Shown piece after piece: positions 24,401 to 39,705 of a stretch of DNA of 64,000 bases. Position 1 is the stretch's first letter; each line of letters begins with the position of its first letter. The notes beneath the pieces were generated by a model. It was not told the DNA's origin. It ran no database searches and saw nothing but the letters and a program-made list of their open reading frames with translations. Origin of the DNA: Trichosphaerium sp. ATCC 40318 (taxonomy: Eukaryota > Protista > Tubulinea); NCBI GenBank assembly GCA_038496445.1, contig JALMLS010000271.1, forward strand, positions 145,883-209,882. The letters are read 5' to 3'. Made by a program: the position numbers and the translations under genes.

Positions 24401-26559
24401 AATTTTCACCTTCATCGATGGCATTGCGCTTAAAGCAGTTGTTGAAGTCACAACATCATCAATACCTCGCATAGAGTCCATTTCATCTCCTATAACATGA
24501 TTAGCAAGGATATTCTGGAATATAACAAAGAGTAATTGAGGGAGCACTGTTTACCTTCTTTGAACTGACCAACACGTTCCTTAATTTTTTTATACGCAGA
24601 ATCACGTGCTAAAAATCGACCGAACTCAAACCTTGATTTATCTTCTAATGTAATATTTACCCCGAACACTTTACCCTTCTTAAGTGTTTTAACATCAGAA
24701 TACTTGATTTCGACCTACAACCATAGATTGTTAGCGCAAGTCAAAAAACAATTAAAAAAAAGTCAAGAACAAACCTTCTGTTCAGACCATCCAACAACAA
24801 GGATTTTGCTCGACTTAAATAGGAGATAACGTTCTGTTATATACAAAGTTCCTGGTGTAGATTGGAAAATACCATTTGATAGGTTACAGACATATTCTAA
24901 CAACAAAGAAGTATCAGTATAGATCAAAACACGTTAGCGGGAAAAAAAAAAAAGTTTTGCATTTCTGCGTACTTCCAAGTACTCGTAGCTCGCTATCTGC
25001 TAGATGAGGAAACGCTTTTGTTAAAGCACGGAAGTTGTGTCCATTTCCAGACTTAACCTTGAGAATAGGAGCATCCTTTTGGAATGTTAAAAAACAGAAA
25101 TTTCTTTTTTTCGTACCCCAGCTTTGCTAGTATCGTGATCATCTAATACTTGTTGTAGCTCTTTTAACGTTGCTGGAGCATCTTGAAACCCAGAATATGT
25201 CGTCTAAATACAATACAATGAGTATTCTTGTAATAACATAAAAATCACGTGGGTACAGTTTCTTTATCATGAGATGTGACTAAAATGACATCTGCAAGTA
25301 CACCACTATCAATACAATGAACAGATTCGATTTTACTGAGTGTAGTATGAACCTAAGATGAAATGAGATGAAGACTGACATTATTTATAAACAAACTTCA
25401 TTGTACGCACCCTAAATGAGTCGGCACTATTTGAGTTTGCTTTTTGTTGTAATACTTTATCTATTGCACTAATCCATTCTCCTGTAAGCTTATGTGAAGA
25501 AGTGCAAGCATAATTAGGACCCCTTGAAGTTACAACTTGCAAAGAGTGATTATGCATTGTAAATTCCTTCTTTGCACGTGCAATAGAATGAACATCTGAT
25601 AATGACATTGTTACCTTAGGTTTATGCAAAGACTTGGGGAGGTAAATAAGTACAAGTGTTGGAGGAAGCAATAAACAGAAAACAGTTTTTTTTCAGGTAA
25701 TCGAAGTGTGAACTCTTTTTTTTTTTTTTTTTGTGTATCACAAAAATGGCATCACGCACTTTATTGTTTGCATAGCAACGGACAGCATCTTCTGTTAATA
25801 CTGCATAATAGTTCTTCCATGACCCCTTTTTTGTACCACCAATACATAACTCCATATATCCTTCCATTAAAACACCAAGCTTTAAAATTAAATAGGTAAG
25901 TAAGTCCAACATGGTTTGTCCGGAATGCGAGAAAAAATCAGACAAAAAAAAAACATGCGGAGAAATTTGGGTGTCTGTTTACCTTTAGATCCATGAAATC
26001 TGGTGTAACGAAGCATAAACGATGGTTTGTTACTACTAAATACCTAAATGTACTGTCAGGGCAGGTCAGACGCAAAATAAATAAAAACTAGTTCCAAAGT
26101 GCGTTAAAAAGACTCTACCCATTGTTTGATTGCGTATTGGACGTTAAACAGCAAGGATAGTCTAAAAAAATGACGTTAACGCAAATAATGGTAAAAAAGC
26201 CATGATGGTTGGCGTTAAGGTAAAACGAGTATTGGGGGCTGTATCATAAGGTCAGAAAGACGATTTAGAAACCTAAAAGTGAAATAGAATACAAATGGCT
26301 CGTTTCGGGTACAAGTTTGCCCCTGTATGCTGCAAGCCATATTACCGCGATTGGCGCACCTTTGATGAACGTTTCTGTTGTAGGCATACCAAATACTGCC
26401 CTTATTTGAGATTCACGCTCTGGGTTACCCGTAATAGTGGCGTCATCATTTATTATGCCAGAATCCTTTAAATCATGATAAATAAAACTGGCACGCTTTT
26501 GAAGGTTGCTCACTGCGCTGACAGTTAGGACGAAAACTATACGAGTACAACGTACACAT
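21467..26559 (-). CDS. Sterol 3-beta-glucosyltransferase (Ugt51/Atg26-like; GRAM-PH-GRAM-GT1) with extra C-terminal domain
   Basis: [74 protein letters not shown]; PH (KKGSWKNYYAVL..GEWISAI) and GRAM exons upstream. Last exon uncertain. Confidence 0.92.
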
Positions 26560-26787
26560 TACAGCCAAGTGGAGCAATGTACAAAACTAAAATTTAAAAA
26601 TTGAAATTCGTTGACTTTTTTTGTTTGGACTTCATTGACTTCAGAGCTTTAAAGATAGTCGCTCAACGCGGTTCTTGATACCACAGATATTGCCAGGCGT
26701 TAGTCGAGATTCATTCAACAACTCGATATTGCTTGCGACGTGCGAGGCATTCAAATGCTTATTTTTCTTACTCTAACAGTTTAACAG

Positions 26788-27995
<1,208 letters not shown>

Positions 27996-28119
27996 AAAAA
28001 TAGATTCACTAGAATAAAAAAACATGTTGCCTACAATCCTTGTGTTTTGCCATCAAGACTTATGGAACAAAAAGATCTCAATTTTCGAGAATAATCTAAC
28101 TACTATCTCTGACACGTGA

Positions 28120-28720
28120 TTTTAGTCCACACAATGATCGTGTTCCATGTAATGTTACACCTTTATCGTCAAGTGCACTTAGGGCTTCATCTGTGATGTT
28201 TCTGCGACCAGTCATAACAACGTGTTTATACCAGAAAGAGGAACAACCCAATCATTCGTTGCTTTTGTAAACGATATATTGATAGTATGAGCGCTTTACA
28301 GGCTTTTCATACATGTCCCAGAGATACCTTTACAGTGTGAAAGATCAATTGAGTGTACACCAGCTAGTGCTATAACACCGATGCATGACTTAAATAAAAA
28401 GTATGTACACCTGCCAATGCTGAAATTCCTTTGTCTGTCACTGATGTGTCACTTATATTAATGGTATGTACACCAGCTAATGCCGCTGTTTGTCCTGTAT
28501 CAGTAATATTGATTTTGAGAACAGTGCTGACACATCCTTATCAGTGATGAACAGGCACAATCTTAATGAAATTGTATGAACTCCAGATAGTACATACAAT
28601 TCATCATTGGTTATTTCGGTATTAAATGGTACCTACAACTAAGTGCACATAGACCAAGATAGATAGAATGACAAAAGTTGTCGTAATTTGTAACAAGGAT
28701 GCAGGCCAGACAAATTAATT
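28120..28720 (-). pseudogene. Degenerate paralog of the ALAGVHTI LRR gene
   Basis: Minus strand reads ALAGVHTINISDTSVTDKGISALAGVHT and LSGVHTISL, broken by frameshifts. Confidence 0.8.
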
Positions 28721-29163
28721 GTGTTGCACTCACTTACCACCTTCTCTTTAGTGAGCCCGGTAATGTCAGTTGATGATACACACCGCTATGTTATTCATGT
28801 GATGATTGAATCCGTTGACGCATGTCCTGTAATCCAGTGTACGCTGTCACTTTCTGTTGCCACCAGGCTAACATTGCTGTTTTCTTTAGTATAATATCCA
28901 CCACTTCACAGGAATCAACTTGTTTCAAGAAGTACGGTCGCTAGGACAATACAAGAAGTAACAGATTAATAAAGTGTTACCCCAAAAGTTGTTTTGCTTC
29001 TGTTTTCATAAAGAACATGCCAAAACAAGCAACACTATTTTTTCTTTACAGGGTATTCCTGGGGTCAGCCAACAGAAATGGCAAGTTTTCTTTAACCATA
29101 CTCAAATCACATGAAGCGCAGTTGTCAACAAATAAATTTGACATACACGTGTTGAATAAAAAT

Positions 29164-31345
29164 TTATTGTTTTGGTTTTTCTTCTTTTTTCTCTTCTTTT
29201 TTCCCTTCTCCTTCACCTTCACCTTCTTCTTTAGGCTTAGGTGCGTACTTTTCTAGTTCAACAGGCTCTCTTAGAAAGTCAGGTTTAGCAGTAAAGACAT
29301 TGAAAGGTGCACAAAAATCGAAACCAGGAGCTGGACCAGGTGTAGAGTAATTAGCAATTGAAAAAGCTTGATAGAAATCTCCCATTTCTGATTTTTTTAT
29401 AAGCCTATCAATAGATGCTATAATTTTTCTCGCTTGTGTCTCGTTTTTACAAGTTGAGAATATCCTACTTAAACGAACATCTAATCCCATATTACGTAGG
29501 AAATCACCTTGTCCTATTGGACCATACATATTGACCTTGCTGAACGTCTTGTGTTTTCCTAGAAAAAATATTTTAAAAAAAAGAGGAAAAAAATGAGAAA
29601 AGTTTGGCTTGTACCTTTTGGATCTTGTACACCAAGTGAAGCTCTTTTCAATGCTGAAAAATCTACAGCAGCAGATATATCTACCTCTCCAGGCTCTGAT
29701 AGGACATGAACAAATTTGTGTCCTTTGATTCCTTGTAAGGATTGAGACGATGGCTTATCAAATCCATAATCAACAATCAATGCAGCACCACCGCGTTCAT
29801 TGATGCGTCCAGCCAAGTCCTGGACTGTTGCAAGACCTTCTACACATATTTCTATAGCATCCCCTCTTTAGGTTCTTTAATACCAGTGAGGTACAACAAA
29901 GAAGGTAAAGCAAACGCTTGACCTTCGTGCTAATAAAAATAAGTCAAAACGAACTAAGACTGATTTTTGTTTTTGGTTACCATAACAAATCTAAAATGAG
30001 GTCCATTCTCATCTGGATCAACATCTACTAACGTTTCAAGCCATTTACCTCTCGAGAACTAGAAATTATTAAAAAAAAATATGACCAGTCACCAGTTAAT
30101 TGACGTCGAACACAAACTTGTTTTCAACAAAAAAACAAAAAAAAAAAAAGTTCATCGCCGTACTTCATAGCGTCTAACTGGAATAGCATCAAAATACTCA
30201 TGTGCAACACATAGTATTTGTTTATCCTTTGGTACAGTACCAAGCTCCCAATGCCATTCTATATTATATCCATCAGCAGACTTGGATTTATAGTTCTCTT
30301 TCATTGCTTCCTAAACACTTTTTTTTAGAAAATCGCTTACTATTAAATACAGAAACTAGTACTTTTTCTTTTGGATCTGGGAATGGTGCACGAAGAGCAT
30401 TAGCTTGTAAGCTTCTCATAACAGGACTGACTTCAACCATATGGACTGTAATTGCGCCTTTCATCAACGGATTTAATTGAAAGCATGTCTTTAACATGCG
30501 CTCCATCAATGTTCCTTTACCAGGCCCAAGTTCGACTAAATTCACTTGTGGTTGTCCTATATTCATTCCATATAAGCGATTGTTGAATATACAAATGATA
30601 TTTCACCCAAGTCAAGCGAACAATGGACGTCAATGATGAAACGGTTTTTTTTTCGAAAAATTTTGAAAAAATGAAACAAATAATTGTACTGCTTACCCAT
30701 CAGTTCCCATGACCTACACACCCAAACAGCTAGTAGCTATAGTTTAGTTAGATATTATAAGGTATATTGAAGGCAATTTAGGTTTTTTGAGGCGAGTTAG
30801 GGGCCGTACTTCGTTGAAAACCTGAGAGATTTCAACCGATGTCACGAAATCTCCTTTACGTCCTAAAACATTGCTTTTCATATAATAACCGTATTTAGGC
30901 ATAGTGAGGGCTTGTCTCCAGAAGGTAGCGATTGAAATTGGTCCGCGTAGCTGTTTTGATGAAACAATTAATTATAAAACACGCGAGACATGCCTTTGTA
31001 CCTGTATAAGATCAATTATAGCCTTTTCAAGAGGTCCTGCTGATTTTGCGATTTGTTCAATTTTTTTCGCGTGAGCTTCACTACAATTAGTGCTAAATAC
31101 TGTATACTATGCGTACCTTCGTTTGGTTTATATAATTTGGTTGTATCTATTCTAATACCCTCTGGCTCTTTTCTGACATTGCTTTTATCGCAGTAAGCCT
31201 AATACATCATTATATAAGCACTATTAGTATCTTTAAAGAAAATGTGTCTAACCCTTCGGCATTGAAAGCGTTTTACTTTGCTTCTCGTTACTCTTCCAGG
31301 TCGCACAGATCTGTGCAGACCCGGTGTCAGCAAGCGTGTGAACAT
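29164..31345 (-). CDS. NDUFAF7: Mitochondrial arginine methyltransferase NDUFAF7/MidA
   Basis: Presequence MFTRLLTPGLHRSVRPGR; GPISIATFWRQAL..YGYYM..GDFVTSVEISQVF, LVELGPGKGTLM, AHEYFDAIP, LIVDYG, DISAAVDF. Confidence 0.93.
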
Positions 31346-31512
31346 TTAGCGTTAATGCCAAAAATGTTGTACTCAGCGGCAGTAAACGCGTGGTCAATAT
31401 CATATTTGTGACACTGCAAACACCACGTTTGGTATCATAAGCAAAAGGCACGATTTGCTGAGGAAAAGTCTGTGATTGTAAATAAAACTGCAATTCGCTT
31501 CAGCTTTGAGGT

Positions 31513-32832
31513 ATGGGTCACATTGATGGGTGGCAAGTGTTTGCAGATATACTAGGGTGGGGTTATTTCGCTTGTTGGTCAATTTCGTTTTATCCACAAG
31601 TATGGCAAATGTATCGCCGTAAAAGGTACGTTTCTAAGCGTTTTAACGCCTACAAATACATTTAGAAGGTTCGTAGACCTAACTTGTTTAAATTAGCGTC
31701 CAAGGCTTCAGTTTTGATTATTTATCCTTTAACTTGCAAGGTAAAGTGACATTAACTACTTTATAGCCAATTTGCTTAAATTTTTGTATTTTTACGAAAC
31801 AGAATTTTTTATCTAAACTCAAATGTTTAGGCTACATTGCATACTCCATCTTCAATATTGTACTCTTTACAAGCACTTATTTTAGAAGTGAGTATTTAAG
31901 AATAAATCACACAGATCATATACCTGTGCAGGCACGTGGACTTTGTTTTTCTTTGAAATTCAAAAAAAATTTTGAGTGGTTTTTTTTTTGACATGACGTT
32001 AGATTAATGATGTTGTCTTTGCTGTACATGGTGTAGTCCTCAATCTTGTTTACTTGGCTCAAGTTATATTTTATGAGAGAGGAAAACAGAAACTCTCTTT
32101 ATCAATGTGGATCATCAGCGGACTTCTTTGGTTTGCTGTTCTAGTAGTGGGCACGTTTGCAAATAAATTTTTTTAGTAATTTAAAAAACAACATACTGAC
32201 TGTACTTGTAGTTGTCATTTGTGCTGGATGGGTACTGCCTTGGTTATGGGCAATACAAGCACTTGGATATGTAAAGATGGTGATAACAATTGTTAAATAC
32301 GCACCACAGGTAAACATTTTTATATTTTCTTTTTGGTATCCAAATCAAACGTCACACAATCATTTTTTTACTCCACGTGACAATTTATTAATTCTTTTTC
32401 TAAATAGGCTTATTTGAATTTTGTACGTAAATCAACAGTTGGATGGTCAATTACTGCTGTATTTCTTGACATATCAGGAGGAACACTATCATTCCTTCAA
32501 ATGTTTGTTCTAGCTATTCACAAAAGTACTTAGACTCCTTTTTAAGTCGCTAAACTTTATTTATTAACCTCACACTTATTATAGACGACTGGAGCGCATT
32601 TGAAGGCGGTAATATAGGCAAGCTAGGGCTTGCACTTGTCAGTATCTTCTTCGATATCATCTTTTTTGTACAACACTATGTACTATTCAGACAACCACCA
32701 AAGGATATGGCGTTTGCGCCAATAGAAACTTCGGATGAGGAAGATAGGACAAATTACCCTCCAGATGATGACATGAAACGTATTGTCGCTGTTAATGGAG
32801 CATCAAGCCAAGGATCAATAACCCCATACTGA
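31513..32832 (+). CDS. CTNS: Cystinosin (PQ-loop lysosomal cystine transporter)
   Basis: [68 protein letters not shown]. Confidence 0.93.
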
Positions 32833-33231
32833 CGTATGCCTCAACGCGTAAAATCGTATTTTTTGCGTAGTGTACGCAATCGTGTATTCATTAATTATAA
32901 TGATGATAATATAAAAACTACGGCAGTATACTGCCTCAGAGGGAGTTTATCGCTGTATTAGCGTTAAAAAAAACTGTCTTTTCGCTTTACACTATTATAC
33001 TAGTAGCACAATAAGCGTGCAATACCGCGTGCTAAGGGTGAGTTATAGTTCAATGATCGTTAGCCAAAAACAAGCGAGTCAGAGCGATTCTCGTCGAAAA
33101 AAGGTTTTACTCGCGTAAAGCACACATTTTCACGTCCATTTTTGCACTGATCAATAACACAGCCAACTAAATAGTGCCACATCACATACAACACTTTATT
33201 TTTCTATCAAAAAAAAAGTACACCGCCCAAA

Positions 33232-34857
33232 ATGAACCCAATCACTTTATCATCGCCGAGACGTGATCAAAATAACACAGAAGAAAACAAAGCAGTCCTT
33301 ACACCGGAAACGCTAAAAAACGAACTACATAGCCTTGAGATAGAAAGAGCAAGCGTAGCTAGACGCTTACAGGAGATTGATACAAAGATTGCGTCTTTAA
33401 AGGGCGAATTAAGTAGCATGTCAACGTTACGAAGACGATTCTCGGCGTTTAGCATAGCAAACACGTACGCATTCTATTAATGAGATCCACAACTGCTTTT
33501 TTCGAACGACTGGATTAACGCTTTCGTACTAGAGGCCTAGACGTTGATAAAATGCCTCCAGGGACTATCATTAAGGTACTAACGCTTATTAAATGGCCTC
33601 AGAATACGATTGAAGTTAAAAATGACATTTTCCATCTCCGTCATGTTTTCGCTGTTTTCTTATTACTAAAATCTCTTCTCCTATTTAGCAAACAACACAG
33701 ATTGAAGCAGAATTCTATAAAAACATACAAGATTTCTTACCAGCGGAGTTATTGTCCTACACAATAGCTTGTCATGGAACTATGTACAGACCCTTGAGAA
33801 TTACCAAGAAATACGATATTGCACTTGCAAATATCTCCCATGGTACGCCTAACTCCAAATTTGTTTTGTGAATTGTGCAATGAAATATTTTTGTCACATT
33901 TGATTCTTTTTTTTTCAGTGAATGGTGTCGCTATTGGTTGTTCCTTTATGTACTTATATATTACCTAGGTATGAAGCATCCATGTCTTTTGAAGCTTCGC
34001 ATAGGTCAATCAAATCGTAGATCATCTATTAGCTTCTACAACAAATCAGTTGTCACAAAAGAAAAACTGGGATTTCGCATCATTGGTACTCTTCATACTA
34101 CCTTCAATATTGGTTTTTTTAATTTTTGATAGCCGCTCAACATTGGAGAGAGGATGAGAAAGCCTATATCCAGCACGATGTTGACAAGATTCAGGTGTCA
34201 AAAGTGCATGGATGGCTTAAAGATTTTTTCAACAATGGAGATGGGATTCGACTCAATACAATTCGTGCCTTGTTACCACAGTTAAAAGATATATGTAGCA
34301 GTGTTTCTACGTTAAAAAAAGTACAATTAACAGAAACTGGAATACTTATTTTATACGACGCTGATAGTACAGGATCAGTAGCACGTACGAAAACATTGTT
34401 GTTTTGTTTTGTTTTTTTTTTTTTTGACTTGAGTCACTTGTTACTTCATTTCTAAATCATTTTTTGTTTGTAAACTACACCCTTTTCATTTATGAAATAT
34501 CATCTATTCTCTAGAGAACTTTTTAATTGACTATCCTTCATTTTGTTCAAATGAAGACGACTTGACTTTTTTTTTTTGACAATTCTATATTATTTTTGTA
34601 ACTTTTTTCCCCGTTTAGATGTTGTTATGCTTGATTTCGCTAAGGCTAGAAAAAGCACAGAAGTTGATATGAATTATATGTATGGTATTGAGATGATTAT
34701 ATACCATTTGGAAGAGATCCTAGAGGAGGCTGAAGAGACTGATGGTGAAGTAGATTCTGAACTTTGCAACACATTTGAATCTGAAGCTTCTGTTGTTACA
34801 GTTACCGAAGATGACACATTAGAGTTTACAGAATCAGGTTCAGAAATAACATTCTAA
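33232..34857 (+). CDS. Inositol polyphosphate kinase (IPK) fold protein with N-terminal coiled coil, catalytic motifs degenerate
   Basis: EAEFY, GMKHPCLLKLRIG, LGFRI, TGILILYD, VMLDFAK, DMNYMYGIEMII appear in IPK order. Confidence 0.75.
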
Positions 34858-35567
34858 GCCTCAAACACACTAGTAAAAAAAAATACCGCTTTTGTAACAC
34901 CATCATCAAATCCAACTCAGAAATTGAAGTTGAGCTCAATAAATAAAAACAGCCCACGTGAAAGTGATTGCATATTTTTCTTCATGTAGTAGCAATCTTC
35001 TCAGACTTTTACTCGAGAAGCTAACAGTCCTTGGTCAACAAGCATTACTCAATACTATGTTACGGATATAAGTTTTGCAATTAATTGGTTTGACATGTCA
35101 AACAATAAAAAATGGAGAAAGAAGACAATAAATATAGTTGATAATTTGAATTCAAAAAAAACTATCTCGCAATATTCCTTCAATGGCGCAATATCACGTA
35201 CTGCGTACTTGGTTCTTAGAGCATATATGTTGCATGTAGCCCTTTTGTGAATAATGACGTTATCTATTACGTTATTAAGACCACGTTTTCTAGTCTCCTT
35301 TACTCCTTTACTATTACCGAATTTCGCATAAAATACAACGTCATGCAATTTCCGGCTCGAGTGCCGGGTCACGTATTTTTGGAGTTGACTGCCTTTTTCG
35401 CTTATGTTTATATTTATATTGCGTCATTGCACATTTTTGGCTAGTAATAGGAATAAATCGTGACTGAACATGACTTTTTGCCCATAAGCTCCGTATTGGC
35501 TACCAAACAACAGTAAAGGCATTTAAACAGTTCTGGTTTTAGCCCAGAAAGGGCATAGTCAAGATAT

Positions 35568-38184
35568 ATGGCATTAGATAATCAAATTAACGATCCTAAA
35601 GTTTTGGAGTTATATTACCCAAAGCAAGAGATTGGTAGAGGTGTACGTGGTTATAAACCAATATGAAGCTATTATCCCGTACCATAAGAACACCGCCAGT
35701 TAACGCGGAAACGTAGGCATACGGGAGCGTATGGGAATGTACAGACAATGAAAGCGGTGCCGTTATTGCCATAAAAAAGATAATAGATGCATTTCAGAAC
35801 GCTCTAGATGCACAGCGAACCTTTAGGTATACACATATGCTTACTTAGAGGCTGTCTTTCTCTAACCTGTTTTTTCTTTTAGGGAAATTGTCCTATTACG
35901 CGCTTGCGCGCACCACGAGAACGTGGTATCCCTACTGGACGTTATACCAGCGAATAACTCGCGAGACATGTACTTAGTTTGCGAGTATCTACGTGCGTAG
36001 ACAAAAACGACTAAATTACCCTAAAAACCGTGGCACAGTAACACGTTTTACTTTGTTTTGTCGGCTACTAGAGTAAAAGCCCTTCTTGCCCCGAAAATTG
36101 CTCATTTATAATCAAAACATTGTACTTATGCTGTTTTTATAGCGACTGACTTGCATACGGTTATTCGTGCGAATATGTTAGAGGATATTCATCAACGTTA
36201 TATTATTTATCAGCTACTCAAAGTCCTCATGTATATACATTCTTGTGATATCCTTCACAGAGATATAAAGGTAAGCGACGAGTAGACAACTTCGACTTTT
36301 ACACAACCAAAAGCGTAGTTTTACGTAAAACCCAAAAATATGCTAAAAAACCATTTCAATGACATTTTTGGTTGCCATTGGAGTAATTCAAAGACAACGA
36401 AAAAAAAAACCCAAAAAAAAAGAATACCAAACCGGGAACAGTACTACGCGTTTTTTCGAACAAAATGCGCTGTATGGGCTACTGTACACATTTTGCGTAC
36501 CAAAGGTGTTGCCGCATACGAAAATACGTCAAAAACGATTTTTTTGCGTAAATTTGAACCTTATTTTCCGCGTAATGAAGCGCTTGTCTACTTGTATTTT
36601 TTGCATACGTTTTTTTCTGCAATTGTTTTTTTTTTACCAATTGGGGCCTTATTCTTCAAAATGTTATTTTTCATGTTGCTTATTATGTTGTTGAATAGCC
36701 AAGCAATATTTTAATGGATTCTGCTTGTAAAATTAAACTATGCGACTTTGGGTTAGCAAGGAAGCTTGGTGCTATGGCTGAGCCAACAGAAAAACAAAAT
36801 AAACAAGGAAAAGTACGTCAACAATAACATTAAGACAACAATGAACTTCTATTTGAAAGACTATGCGAAATTCAGCTTGGACACATTTTTTTTTCGAATT
36901 TTTGGAGGTTTTGTTTTAACCTGTATGCGTAGATAATGACTGATTATGTTGCTACTCGATGGTACAGAGCACCAGAGGTGCTTGTTGGATCATCTCATTA
37001 CACTATGGGTTCGTTCTCTTCTCGAAATTTAAATTGATGTCTTTTACAACTATAAAAACGCGGGGTAGTATTTTTTTTACTGTCAACTCGTTCACAAACT
37101 ATGAGAGCTTACTTGACGAGTTGTTAAAACACTAACATAATTTTTTTAGCTGTGGATATGTGGTCTGTTGGTTGTATTCTTGGCGAATTATTGAATAGTA
37201 AGCCCATGTTCCGAGGCAACTCTACAGGCGATCAATTGGATAAGATTTTACAGTGGAATGGTATACCATCAGAAGATGATATTGCAACATTACATTCAGA
37301 GTATGCAATGCGAATGATCAAGTACGGTTTTTTTGTCTTTTTAATTTTTTTGATTCTGACGTTGTTCCCAAAAAAAATAGGTCACGAAAGAAGCCTGTAC
37401 GTAAATACGCAGAGCAAGTATTCCCTGGATCACCTCCTGACGCAGTGGACATTTTAAAAAAATTATTGGCGTTCAACTCTGAGAAGAGGCTAGCAGCTGG
37501 GGTATGTACATTTTTTGTTTGTTTTTCTTCTCAAACATGAACTAGGATGCCCTACAACATGGCTATATTAGTGAGTTTCTCAATACAGAACCACAGCCGG
37601 TATGTGAACAAGAGATAACCATGGCTCTTCCTGAAGACAAGCGTTGCACGTGCGTTTATATTTATAAATGTTAAGTGATGCTTATTTGGTTTTTTTGACT
37701 AGGCCTGATAAATACAGAGAGGTGCTTGCGTCCATGTATGAAAAAAAGAGAAGGAAACGACATAGCTCGTCTAGACACAGCAAAGATCTTCTAAAAACAA
37801 CAGCACAGAGTTCAGACGATGATAGTCTGTCACCTGTGCATTCACCTACGACGCTAGATGCACAAAAACGAGAGAAAAGAAAGAGCAGACGAAGTAAGTT
37901 CCATCTCTTTTTTTGGACAAATTTATGAGCTTTTTTCAAAACTACGTAGCTTACACGTTTGTAAAGAAAAGAGGCACAAGTCATCTAAGTCTGGGAGCAA
38001 AGATAAAGGTAGTAGTAAGTCTGTACGACAAGAACGGCGAAAATCATCGTCCTCGTATGGTAAATCCGGCTTGAAAAAAACTCAGTCTGATGAGCTCAAG
38101 AAAAAGACTATACACCGAGGAGAGGACGATGATCAAGATGTTTCCGAAGGACAGTCTCTAGACCAAGGGACTGAAGAGGAGTAA
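35568..38184 (+). CDS. MAPK15: Atypical MAP kinase, ERK7/MAPK15-like (TDY), with basic Ser/Lys-rich tail
   Basis: [66 protein letters not shown]. Confidence 0.88.
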
Positions 38185-39106
38185 ACGCAAAATAAGGAGT
38201 TTTGGGTGAAGGAGTCATCAACATGAGAATTTTTTAAGAAAAATTACTTCCTCTTGCTGATGACCTTCCTCATGACTCTCTTTTCGTTTGTATGCCTTCA
38301 CCTATTTTTAAAGTATTTATTTTACTTTGAAATTGGGGTATTAGGGTATATACGATGAAATTGCGTTAGTATAGCGTTCAAAAAAAAAACAAAGAAAACT
38401 AAACATTTTTTTGATGAAAAAAAAATTAACGACTTTTTTTGTTTCACTCAAAATAGTCGTCATTTTTTACCGCTGTGGCTATAGTAGTTGGTCAACTACG
38501 ACCACAAATTGTACCATAAATAAACACTAATTTATTCACGGATACAAGTTGTCATGAGCGAGTTTACCAATCACTTTGTGGAAAAATGGAAAATCTAGTG
38601 GAAAAACGGAAATGTTTTTTCACCCTCAACATGACAAATTACGGCTTCAGCCACCAGACATGGCGCCATGGCACTCCGGCTCTCAACAAAGAGAAGGTTA
38701 TGTCGTATACCCCTTGTGTGAGTGTATGTACTGGGCCTGCAACTCCGTTTTACATTTTTCCACAGTTTTGTGACAATTAGGCGTATTACCCGCACAAGGT
38801 ATCATAGCGTTGCTACGCAAACAAAGTGTCTCAGTCGTGACTAGCCAAGTGCAACTGCGCAAGTGATTTCTTAGTTTAGCGCAAGTGATGTACAGTAATC
38901 ACAGCTACAATCTTGAGACTTATTTTGAGGTACTAGCTATGCTTAACCTTTTTCCAGTGGCGGAGAATGCATAGTGGGTTGTAGTAAAGGCTGGTAAGCA
39001 TCGATAAGTATAGAAAAAATGTGAGCAAATAAGGGTTGATATCTCTTAATTTGGAAAAACAAGGGCTTGCTTAGCCTTAAAACCAAAATATTTTGTCACC
39101 AACAAC

Positions 39107-39304
39107 ATGATATCACGATACATTCTGTTACTTTTAGTCTTGACCCTTGCAGTCGTTACTGTAGTTGAGGCTAGTAGTCGTCGTCAACATAACTGTTGTA
39201 CTAAAGTAGCGGCTTCTAAATGTTATTTCTACACAGATACATACTGGACCTGTCGCAGCTTACAATATAACCGTTGCCGTCGTACTTGGTGGCAATGTAT
39301 GTAG
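39107..39304 (+). CDS. Small secreted cationic 6-Cys peptide
   Basis: Signal MISRYILLLLVLTLAVVTVVEA; mature SSRRQHNCCTKVAASKCYFYTDTYWTCRSLQYNRCRRTWWQCM; AATAAA ~50 bp downstream. Confidence 0.7.
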   Translation: MISRYILLLLVLTLAVVTVVEASSRRQHNCCTKVAASKCYFYTDTYWTCRSLQYNRCRRTWWQCM

Positions 39305-39705
39305 GGAGGTATTATTTAGACGAATTATGATAAAAAGGGACCCTATGTAAGATAATAAAAGCTTATTCTCGTAGTACTCCTTTGGTTTTTTTGCATTTAC
39401 AAATGTTTCGTAGTATCATTTTTGGAGCGTTTTACCCTTTTGATGCAGCTTATCTATCTTTGTTGTGATGAGTAAGATACATTGTATTAGTTGCCTGACT
39501 CTCATGGATCCAAGGCAGCTGTGGCGATAATTTGAAACCCAATTCAAGTGCGGGATCCACACTTCCTTGGTTTGAAGACGCTGCAGCGTACATAAACCCG
39601 ATGAAGCCCTTGGAAACAATGATAGATTCGTCAGTATTTCAAAACGCATCAGAATTATTCTAGGATAGCAAATGTCAAGTTATTGATTTTTAAACAAGTA
39701 TGTCT

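Noticed and set aside
39416-39649. Minus-strand ORF beside the MITE
   Set aside because: No recognisable domain or supported start; at most a gene remnant.
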